Origin: Nageia nagi
Lineage: Eukaryota; Plantae; Pinophyta
Assembly: GCA_050084985.1 (NCBI GenBank)
Contig: JBITNC010000001.1
Coordinates: 17,670,001 to 17,734,000 of the forward strand
Direction: 5' to 3'
Length of the DNA: 64,000 bases
Below, in pieces: positions 37,529 through 48,600 of this stretch. Made by a program: the position numbers and the translations under genes. Positions within the stretch are counted from its first letter, which is position 1. Each line of letters begins with the position of its first letter. The notes beneath the pieces were generated by a model. That model was given only the letters and a program-made list of their open reading frames with translations. It had not been told where the DNA came from and ran no database searches.

Positions 37529-38496
37529 GGAGCATGCCCAAAAATGACAAGATTTTGTCTTTCTGGATCATGCGCCAGCCTTGAGGATGAATGCTCTTCT
37601 CACGTTGGCCTTCCTTGCTCCTCTGCTCGTTCAACTTGACACTGAAGCTCACCTTGAGACCTGATCTTGCCTGTTTTTTGCTCTTTCAAGGCGCCAAGCT
37701 CGTAAATTTTGACCTTTAAGCTTGGCCTAGACACTCCCCAAGCTCGGCGCATGGTTCAAAAAGTCAAGTTTTTGTCTTTTGGAATCATGCGCCGGTCTCT
37801 CCAGCCTTTCTAGTTTGAGTACATGATCCAGAAAGACAAGATTTTGTCTTTCTGGGGCATGCGCCAAGTTGGAGATGGCCAGATTTGCCCTTTTGCGAGT
37901 TTTTGCTTCCGCGCCTTAGCCAAATTTTCATGATTTTCTCCTCCCGAAGGCTTCCTAGGTCTGGCGCATGATTCAAAAAGTCGAGATCTTGTCTTTTGAA
38001 ATCATGCGCCAACCCTTTTGGAGTTGCTGGAGCTGATATTGGGGTTTGAGGCTTCATGCCTTGGCCAAATTTTGTCTATAGGATGAACTAGAAAACTTTA
38101 TGGGTTGGGCGCATGGTTCAAAAAGGCAAGATTTTGACTTTTTGAGGCATGCGCCAACCTCCTGGATGCTTGGGTTTGACTTCATCATTCTCGAACTTGT
38201 CCTGTTCTTCCTCCCAGCTTGATCGCATGGTTCAAAAAGACAAGATTTTGTCTTTTGAAATCATGCGCCAGCCTTGAAGTACCTTCTTCTTGCCTTTTTC
38301 GAGTTTGATTCCGATCCGGAGTGCTCCTTGCCCTTGGCGCATACTCCAAAAAGACAAGATTTTGCCTTTTGGAGCATGGGTTGGGCTTGAAAGTGGCCTA
38401 GATTGCCTATTTGGGATTTAACTCCAGTCTGGATGGCTCCCTGACCCAATGGCATGATTCAAAAAGACAAGATTTTTTCTTTTGAAATCATGCGCC
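37529..38496. repeat. Array of eight ~48-bp palindromic units (GGCGCATG-ATTCAAAAAGAC-AAGATTTT-GTCTTTTGAAAT-CATGCGCC) with dissimilar spacers
   Basis: Units at about 37529, 37746, 37817, 37963, 38108, 38222, 38336 and 38449. Confidence 0.92.
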
Positions 38497-39894
38497 AACC
38501 CTAGGAGGAGCCTAGTTTGACTTATTTTTGTCCCGAATTGCCCTGGACTCTCTTGGTTCACCTAAGACCAACTTTTGATTTTCCATACTTAGGCCATTTT
38601 TTGAGGAATTTCAGGTTTTTAGCTTGCTATGACTAAGCCCACCCGAAGGATGAAGCTTGAACCTAGGGGACTCAACATTGAATCAGGATCTTACGACACT
38701 ACTTGGACTAGACAAGACAACAACATGACAATGTTTTCACAAGGGTGTTGAGGGTCCCCAAAATCGCAAGATTTTGGGGCATGTTATGTTTTAGTCACAA
38801 CATCAAGATGACATGAGGATACGAAGGGCCATTTAATCTAAAGTCATTATCTTTACATTAGTGTACATCTGACAAGACCAGTTGAGTAGTCACTAGTAAT
38901 GACCAAACCATGTCAAAATGATTGAAGTTGAAACTCACATTCAAGTAAAGACAAAATATCACTTGAAACATAGATTTACTTTGTGAAGCCATATGTGTTA
39001 TGATACAAAGTGTTGTTCAAAAAATATAAAGTAAAGCACAAAATATCATGATGTGAACATAAGTTGCATAACAATTTGGAAAGTTTGAAAGCATAAATAT
39101 TTAGAAGTTACAAAGTTTGAAAGCATAAATATTTAGAAGTTACAAACTTTGAAAGATTAAAGATTTTCAAGATTTTTGGTATAAATTTGTGTTTCTTATT
39201 AGGACTAGGGGCTAATTGAACTTTTGTTGCAAGAATAATACAAGCTCAAGAAACTTATTCTATAAATTGTTATATTACTTTTATGGAATGAAATTTTGAT
39301 ATTTCATAACATTGCTATATTGCTCTTTGTGAAATAAATAGAATTACAATTTGAAATATGTTGTTTGGGCATGGTTGGTGAAGACTGTTTTTATGCGATA
39401 CTTTTCTTTGCATTTTCATTTTTGATTTGTAGAAACTATTGAATATGGTCTAATGCATTTACATTAACTCATGAGATTTAGTCATATTTTCGCATGTCAA
39501 AACCTAGAATCTGATATTTTAAAACTCATATTTATCACATGCAATTTGTGTCAGATCATTGCATATGGAGATCTCATACTTTGGTTGTACACTATTTGTG
39601 GCAATCTGTTGAGTGCTTGTTTTTCCAACTTGGTTTGTTTAAGGGCCATCCTTATTAACTAGAAGAGATCATTGCCTAAGAGTAGATGAGTTAATTGAAT
39701 TGTCCAAGGATTTCCTCGATAAAAAATCCTATCAACAGGTTCCAAAGCGTCAAAAAGGTAAAAATCATGTATATTAACTCTTTTCACAATTTTGTTTAAA
39801 TATTTTAGCAAATTGTTATTTCATGCTATAATCATTCAATATCAAATTATCATATTTTTCTCATTTTGGTCATTTGGGCATTAGAAGACCTTTC

Positions 39895-42800
39895 TGTTGT
39901 GACTAACACAACATGCCCCAAAATCCTACGATTCTGGGGAACCTAACGCCTTGGTCAAGCATCATCATGTTAAACATAGAAGTTTGTCTAGCCAGACCTA
40001 ATGCTCGTCATCACTGGAAATAGGAAGATCAAATTCGGTGCAATTAGGGAACCCACGACAAGCTCAAACTCAAGCAAGGCAAAGAGGAGCTCCCAAAAGG
40101 CCAGTGCATGCCTCTAAGAGTTGTGTTTGTGACTTTTTCTGGCATGCACCTAACAAGTTCAAAGCCAAATCAATCGAACGCATGCATCCAAAAGACCAGC
40201 ACATGCTCCTAAAAGACCAATTTGTGACTTTTTTCAACATGCACCAGGTGGAAGGAGTCCTTTTGGCAAAGTTTGGGACCAAGTTGAGCAAATCTAAGCC
40301 ATCAAGAAGCTAGCACATTAGGAAAAAAGACAAAATCTTGTGTTTTTTTGGCATGCGCCTGACCAGAAAGGCCACCAGAGTTGAATTTGGACAGTGAGAA
40401 GTCAAACTGAGTCTTCTAGGAACCCAATGCATGCCTCCAAAAGACAAAATCTTGTCTTTTATGGTATGTGCCTTGCCCAGAAGGAGGCCTAAACGACTTT
40501 GAAGGTGAAAACCGGCTAAGGCATGAACACTCAAGCTCGAGATCAGGCACAGAAGGATCCAAGAGGGTTGGCGCATGATCCCAAAACACAAAATGTGGCA
40601 TGCGCTCAGCTCACGAGGAGCTCCGGTTGAGCAAAAAACGTTAAACTTGGCTAAGTCTTTCACTCGAAGGTTCAAAACAAGCAAATCTGGGAATTAGGAG
40701 GCAAGCGCATGTCTTTTTTGGCATGCACTCAAGCTTGGACAACTGGCAGGATGGGCACACGAAAAAAAGATAAAAATTTGACTGTTGTAGCATGCGCCCA
40801 ACTAAGGAGGGAACCTGGAGGAGTTCGAGGTGAAATTTTGACAAGTTTAGGTTCCAAAAAAGACAAAATCATGAGCAACCTGAGGCTAGAAAGGTGACAT
40901 AATGATGAAAGAGACGAGTTGTGGAGCTCGAGAAACTCCCACTAGGATGACTAGCAGCCTCAAGTGGAGTGCATGCAATAAAAAGACAAATTCTTGTGTT
41001 TTTTTGGCATGCGCCAACCTAGAAGACTCCCTCATTCCCTTGTTCCAGATGTTAAGTTGGAAGATTGCAAATTCAAGACTGGCAGGCAACTCAAGATTGA
41101 CCATTTGGGCGGTTGTGATCATTTTACTCCTGATTCTAGTCGACTAGGGTTTTCAAAACTCTAATTTTTCCTATAAATAAGAGGGATTTGGTTTATTTTT
41201 GCAAATTCAAATCATGCTTTCTTCAACATATGTGCTAGGAAAAGGAAAGAACTAGAGCGTCAAGATAGACAAATAATTTCCAAACCCTTTGTGGTGACTT
41301 GAGAAAACCTTCCTCTTCACTTTGCTAAAACGATCACATCAAGTACCTAAATGATGGAGACAAACTCCAAGGCACCAAAGAAAAAGCTCAAGGTGAAAGA
41401 GGTAGTAACCACCAACAATGCCTCATCAAGTCAGAAACCCCGGATTGACCTTATAGCCTCAATAAGAGCATTACACGATGATTCCAGCCAGAGGGTAGAA
41501 GACAAATCCACAGAGACTTACGATGTGAGTAAGTTTGTTTTTAAGGTCAATAATACACTTTTTGTCACCAAAGTCTTCCTAAAAAAAGATCCAACGAAAT
41601 CTCAAGACTTGGAGGTCCATAGTCTAAAGACTGAAGTTGGTGAAGTTAGGACTACTGGGGCAAAGCGAATCAAGGAAGTCACCAAACTCGCCAAGGAACT
41701 GGAGGAAATCCAAGAGAAACAGAGCCTTGAAGGAGAAAGCACATCTTCCAATCCAAATCAATCCAAGACAAGGTGATCGCAAACAGACAGTGGCGTATTC
41801 AACAGGCGAACGATGAAGGCTTCGGGCCAAGTGTTACAAAGGCAAAGAAGATGGACAAGTTTTAGTAGACTTGAGGAGCATTGAGGTGTGGTGTTGCAGT
41901 CGCAATAATTTAATTTAATTGCAATTTTATTTCAAATTTGGATTTTTAAAACTTATTAAATTCAGTAAAGCTTTGTGATGGATGAGGATTTGCTCCCACA
42001 AGTGCTGGAATAAATCTTGTAACACCATGTGGTTGATTCTTATTGGACCACTTTTAATTTTCTTGAAATTCGCATTGGGGTTAGGGCAACACTTAGGGTT
42101 GCCATGAAAAACTATTTATATCCCCTAGATGCTCATTTGAAGGGAGGATGGAATTTTGGAATGTGGACAAAAACATTTGCAAATAGATAAGTAGAATAAT
42201 TTTTCCTATCAAGTACTTGTCTATTGCGAATATGGCATGATCTTTAAGTTGAATTGCACAACTCCATTTCTTTGTTATTATGAGCTTGGACATGTAATGT
42301 TATCATTGATGTGTGTTGCTTAGATGCTTGGAACATTTTGTAAACCTCTTGAGGGGTGGGCAAAAGAGTGGTTGATTATCCCTTCAAAGTGTTGAATGTG
42401 ATGCATAGTTAATGATTGCTCATGGTAGGACACTAGACTTGTATAATTTTGAAGTGTATTCCCCTATGACGTTTAACACGAGAACTTCATCCACATGTTG
42501 AAAGTGTCATCCTTGTGCTCCCTTAGATGCATGCTCCCTTCATTAGACCATTTGTGTTGTTGGCTAGTGCAAGTGGATATCCATTCTTCTAGACCATTCG
42601 TGTTGTTGGCTAGAATGAGAGGATATGTGGATGTGTGGAACTCACAACAAACCCAAAGGAACTTGGCATTCAGACACTGTACCAATCGATGGAGCCATTT
42701 CCAATCTTCCCTCCTACACTTTTTCTTTCATTTTTCACTTTTTCCGCGGTTTTTGCACCCCCATTTATTTATTTACTTGCAGTATTTGAGAAAGAACCCT

Positions 42801-43040
42801 TGTTTAGACATTGAGACAATCTAAGCCCTTGATTAACAAATTTTATTTGAGTTGGTGTTAACTTCAAACATCTTAGTCAGTCTTTGAGTCTTGTTCTTGC
42901 ACATCCATCCAAGAGACCTTTGAGGTAACCAGTCCTCATAGTGGGTAGGGATAATGCCCTTCCACCTAGATGTTGGTTTCTTTGCGAGCCTTGCAACCTT
43001 TTTACCCATCCGCAAGGTAGGAAAGAAAAACTACCCAACA
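39895..43040 (+). mobile_element. Element Y: internally deleted relative of X (3146 bp solo-LTR-like unit)
   Basis: TGTTGTGACTAACACAACA...CCCAACA; TSD CTTTC/CTATC; shares both termini, the palindrome array (40104-41015) and the TATA boxes with X; only a short ORF remains (41351-41776). Confidence 0.85.
40104..41015. repeat. Degenerate palindrome array of element Y, about nine units (GCGCATG...AAAAGACAAAATCTTGTCTTTT...CATGCGCC)
   Basis: Same unit as 37529-38496, more decayed, immediately upstream of the TATA at 41172. Confidence 0.8.
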
Positions 43041-43339
43041 CTATCATGGCACCCTATGATGATATCATGCCACTATCAAATTGCTTGATATTATCATTGT
43101 TTAAAGATTTATCAGCTTTTTGTAATCATCAATGTTCATCTTCGTGTAGTTAATTAGGGCACTATCAATACCATTCTGGTCTTTGAGACAATAGAAGATT
43201 CTTCATGGGAGATTCATGATAATAACATTCTCGTTTTGATATTTGGGGTAGTAAAACTCCCTCATAGAAAATACCTAAGGATATCATTCCCTTTTGGTCT
43301 TTGGGATAGGTAGCAAAAGATCCTTCATGTGAAATCCAT

Positions 43340-45163
43340 GGAGGTTACCCACGAGAGCTTGTGAGATAGTTAAGAACACTAAGTCACTAGTTTTGGAGTT
43401 ATAAGGAGCCAAAATTTAAAGAAAAGATTTAAAGCACAGGATTTTGGGTCTTGGACAAGCCTATGGAAAATGGGCTTATTTTTTATCCTTAGCAAATGCA
43501 AATTTTAACAAGATGGGTTTGTGAAGGGTGACATGGCATACATTTTTGGTCTTGGAAGTTTTTAAAAAGAGTCAAATTTACACCTTCCAAGCATAGGTGC
43601 TCATTTTGAGGCTTTGTCAACATCAAAAGGAAAAAATGTGCACCTACATGAGAAAATCCACTTTTTAATCTTCAAGTAAATGTGGTTCTCGAACTGATGA
43701 GGTTGTCAAACAATGCATGGTGAACATATTTAAACTTGCAAGTTTTGGAAAAGGACCAAATTTGCTCCATCCTAGACCAAGGCACTCATTTTGAGGCTTT
43801 GAGCTCATCAAACCCCAAAAAAGTGCACCTAGTGCAAAAGTGTACTTGAAATTTTGAAACATGCAAATTTTGATCTCATGGGTTTGTGAAGGAGGGTAAA
43901 ATGCACATCTTCAACCTTATAACTTTTGCAAAATGACCAAATTCGCTCCCAACTAGATGGTGCAATTTTTGGAGGCTTTGAAACGTACAAAATGAGAAAA
44001 TGTGCGCTTAGGTGAGAAATGGACCATTTTGATCTTTGGGAAAAAGTGAAAATTGAAAATATAAGCTTGAGAAGGATGATAAATTGAACATATTTAACCT
44101 TGGAAGTTTGCGAATTTGATAAAAAAAACCTACTTTCTAAGCCTAGGTGCAATTTTTGAGGGTTTGGTACTATCAAAGGAGAAAAAAGAGTGCCTAGAGT
44201 AAAAATGCTCATTTTTTATTCTTGGAAAATGTGAAATTAGAGCATACAAGCTTGAGAAGGATGGAATGACAAGTGTTTTTAACCATGGAGATTTGCAAAA
44301 ATAACAAAAATCACACCCTCTAAGGCTAGGCACAATTTTTGGAGCCTTGAAGACTACAAAATTAGAAAATGTGCGCCTAGTGAGAAAATGCATTATTTTG
44401 ACCTTAGGAAAAAGTGAAATTTGAAAATGCAAGCTTATCAAGGAAGGTAAAATGAACGTGTTTAAACCTACTTGAAAATGAGATAATTTTGGCCCAAGGA
44501 AAATACAATTTTTGAAGATATGAGCTTGAGGGGATGATAAATTGAACATCTTTAACCTTGGAACCTTTGAAAAAATGATCAAAATTGCCCTCTCCAAGGC
44601 AAGGCGCACTTTTTGGAGCCTTTGAAGATTACAAAAAATGAAAACATGCACCTAGAGCAAAATACACTTTTGATCTTCAAAATATGCAAATTTTAAAAGC
44701 ACAAGGTTGTGCAGGGTCCAAACTGGAATATATTTAAGCTTAGAACTTTTCAAAAATATCCAAGATTGCACATTTTGAAGCTAGGCGCAATTTTCCAAGG
44801 TTTTGAAACTTACAAAATAGGAAAACATGCACCTAGTGAGAAATAGCATTCCAAAGGGATAAAAATGTGTGCCTAAGTTGCAAGGATAAAGCCAAGTCAA
44901 AGTCAACGACCAATGAGGAGGTGCTAAGTGTCCAAAAATTTGCCCAAAATCTATAAATACCAGTCTAAGGTTTTCATTTGTCTTACAAATCACATCCTCA
45001 AAGGCTAGGCGCACTTTTCCATGCTTTGGACTCATCAAACACCAAAAATGTGCACTTAGATCCAAAACGAAGTTTGAAGATCCAAAATTTCCCAAACCAA
45101 TGCACAACACATCCAATATCCATTGCCTACTCAGCCATGGACTTGAATGAGCATTTCGGTAAG
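43340..45163 (+). mobile_element. 5' part of another B-superfamily long LTR with ~183-bp CTAGGCGCA...TGCACCTAG subrepeats
   Basis: 43370-43475 aligns by eye to B1 11610-11720; periodic palindromic units; TATA at 44952. Left end not resolved. Confidence 0.6.
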
Positions 45164-45643
45164 TATTGCTTCCTTGAAACCCAAATCCTCTCCACCGAAG
45201 GAGCCCTCCTTTGATTTCAGCAACCACTAAAGGTAGAAGCGCAACCTTGGAATACCATCGGATGGGCAAAGGTGCTACACCAATGTCGTAGGCTACAAGA
45301 TCCCTCAACCGAATAGCCCTCCTAGATGTTGCACCTAGGGGATTGCTTAGCACTGCTAAAACTTGCGTCCACATGACGATATCAAGATATAATAGTATAA
45401 TCAAGTATATCCAACAATGAGGCTCCAATGCCTCTTTATAAAACTCAACTCTATATGGATCCACCTAGGAGTCATCACCCATCCTTCATCCCAACGTTAG
45501 CCTCTTGGGGGCCCAAAATGCCCAATGTGGGTGCCTAGGGGTCAAGCATGCCAACATTGGGGCCTGGAGTGCTGTAAATGCGAACATGGGGTCTAGGAGT
45601 TTCACGCATGCCCAACGTGGGTCTAGGAGCCATGTGTGGGGTC

Positions 45644-48600
45644 CGTTGGAAAGGAAACCTTTCCTCCTACTCGGCGATCGCTTAAACGAGAAAACGACCC
45701 AGCATGTACGTGAGAACGTGTTACTGAACTCCTCTTGTAACGACTTATACCTCAAGGTTTCTATCAGAAAGCTCGTGTCGTTAATACGAGCTTTAAATTG
45801 TGTAGGTCTTGTTTGGGAATCAGCTGAGTGGTGTAGTAGAGATAATAACTGTTAACTCACGTTTTTTGTAGGGAATGAGGTATTTTATCTTGCAATAGTT
45901 CGAAAGTTGCTATAAGTTTAAAGAAAGTGTAAAATAAAGAAAAGAGAAGGGGACGAGAATGTTTCGATACTGGTGAGATGATAAAGAAAAGGTCACAGTG
46001 AAGCAATGTCTACGGTTTCTCACTTATGGATCATTCAAGAAGTCTCATTCGAAGTCCTCCAACTTAAAAATAGAATAACCTCAGTTCAATCTATTCTTAA
46101 GAGGAGCAGGGAGGAAAGCTGACTATCGGTACTCTGCAAGCAGGACCAATGCAATCAAAAGAAAGAAACGACACAACAAGTGCACACAAACTTTGTTTCG
46201 AATGAGGAAATCTAATTTGATGTCATAGAAAGAAGAAAAGCTCAGAATACGTTCACTTACTATGCAAATTATGTATAGAAAATGATTTGGGAGTGATTCA
46301 AAAACTTTTAAAAAAATTCAAAAAAAATTCTTAAAATTCAAAAATTTTCAAAGAAAAACGTAAAAGATTTTAAATCATCTAAAAAAGCCCCAAAATGGTC
46401 AAATCCACAATCTCACAAATGACAAAGCTCTTTGTTTCAAGTACTCCACCACTTTGTATTAAATTCGTGATAAAATTACAAGGATACATCAATTTGCCAA
46501 TTTTCCACAAATTTGCACTAAGAACATTTTGCCTCAAAAGTGACACCCTATGGTCTATTTATAGACTTTTTAGGTCAAATTTGTGGATGTTGCCCTAATT
46601 CTTAAAAAAGCTTTAAAATGCTAAATTGAGATTACAATGTCGTTTTAGTAGGAGAACAATACTCATCCCACTAAAATATGCTAGAAATAAAATATTTACA
46701 AAAATTAATGCCCTCTCTCATGGGTTTCGAGGCATCTTGCATCAACTTGGCAAAATTTGAAGCTTCAAATCATCATTTTGGATCCCTTTGTCAATCTTTT
46801 GAGTTCCTTCCTTCTTTGAATCAGGATTTGCCTACAATGTTATCATTCTGGAAATTTTCAAAGAATTATGAGAAGATTTTTCAAAAAAATGGATTTTTTG
46901 GTATATTTTTCAAAAAAGATGGGGGTTAGGTCCGAAATTTGGAAAATTTTAAAAAAGTGGATTTGAGCTCATGGATGGATGGAGGATGGGATTATAAGGT
47001 ACATGGGAAATTTTGAGAGGTTTTGAGAAAGATTTGAAGTCTTTGGCAAAATTTTCGATTTTCATATCTAGATTTTTTTGGGAGAAAAAAGTGAAAATTT
47101 CCATAGGAATGAAACATGCCTCCTAGATTTTTGAGAACTTAAACTTGCTCAAATCTGAAAATTCCCAAGTTTAAATGAGCTAAAAATGTGCCCTTCCATG
47201 CAATGAAGACAAAATTTTCAAATTTGGAGTAAAATTTATCAATCCTCCTCAAGTTAGGCGCTAGTTTTCACCTCATTGGAATTCTAATCACTTGAAAAAC
47301 TGCGCCTAGCTTCTTGGTGCCTTTAAATTGCTCAAAATTGAAACTTTGAAAGTTTAAATGTGCTTGGAATGGGGTCTTTTATCCATTTATGCTTTCAAAT
47401 TTGCTTTTTGATCAAAAATTCATTTTCCTCCTTGACTTGGGCACCAAAAAAGACTTCATTGGAATTCCACTGGCATGAAAACATGCGCCTATGCTTTTGA
47501 GGCATTTCCTTTGCTCAAAAGTGAAATTTTGTGCATCTAAACCTTCTTGAAATGCCCTTTTCCTTGATCCCAAGCCTTCAAGCTTGATTTTTGGACAAAA
47601 TTTATCTTTTCTCCTCATGCTAGGCTCCAAAATTCATCCCATTGGATTTCCATAGCCATGAAAAGATGCACCTAGCCTTTTGGGCCTCAGAACTTGCTCA
47701 AATTCAAAAAATTCAAGACATAAATGTGCTAGAAATCATCATTTTCACCTGATGGACACCTCAAACTTAATTTTTCATGTTTTTTACACATTTCCCTCCA
47801 AGTTAGGCACCATTTTTCACTACTATCGATTTAGAAAAATTAGGAAAACTACGCCTAGCTTTTAGGTGCTCAAAAATAGCTCAAATTTGATTTTTCCAAG
47901 ACCTAAATGTGCTCAAAATCATTTTTCCAACCCAATGAACCCCTCAAACTTGTGTTTTGATCAAAATTTGTCAAATGTTTTCATTCTAGGCACCATTTTT
48001 CACTCCATTAGAATTCCATAGCCTTGAAAACTTGCGCCTAGCCTTTAGGGTGCTCAAAATCGAAAATTTTGAGATCTAAATGTGCTTAGAATGATGTCTT
48101 CCTTGTTCCCAAGCATCTAAATTTGTTTTCCGAGCAAAAAACACTTCATTTTTTCATTCTAGGCGCCAAAAATCACTCCATTGGATTTCGAATCATTTGA
48201 AAACTCGCGCCTAGGAATTTGGAGGTCTAAACTTGCTCAAAATTGAAAATTCCAAGACCTAAAGTGCCTTTCCGGACTCAAAATGTATATTTCCGACCAC
48301 TCGCGGCATTTCTGAGCTCAAACTTGACCAAAACGCTCTTTCGGGCACCTTTGAACTCAAACTCTACATTTTCAATGATTTTCGAACTCAAACGATGCAA
48401 AAACGACCATTTTCGCCCTTCCGAGCTCAAACTTGTCATTTTCAATCATTTCCGGCCTTTCCAAGCCCAAAGTGTGAAAAAAAAGACCATTTTCGAGCAT
48501 TTCCGACCATTTTGAGCTCAACTTTGCCTTTTTAACCATTTACAAGCTTTCCGAGCTCAAACGGTGCAAAAACGCACATCTTTACTGTACTTACCACTTC

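Larger units (their letters stand above)
30914..38802 (-). mobile_element. Element X: giant solo-LTR-like unit (~6.0 kb net) with an internal ~1070-codon decayed ORF and a palindrome array
   Basis: TGTTG...CAACA termini; perfect TSD TCAAG (30909-30913 / 38803-38807); both ends homologous to element Y in inverted orientation. Confidence 0.88.

Noticed and set aside
37529-38496. CRISPR-like look of the palindrome-spacer array
   Set aside because: Eukaryotic TE context, degenerate 48-bp units, very uneven spacers and no cas genes; reported as an LTR motif array instead.
43041-43060. PBS-like ATGGCACCC after element Y, which would make Y a 5' LTR
   Set aside because: The flank CTATC matches the left CTTTC as a TSD, and no gag or pol follows; not fully excluded.
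44781-45464. 227-aa minus-strand ORF
   Set aside because: Spans the junction of two unrelated LTR pieces and has no recognisable motif.
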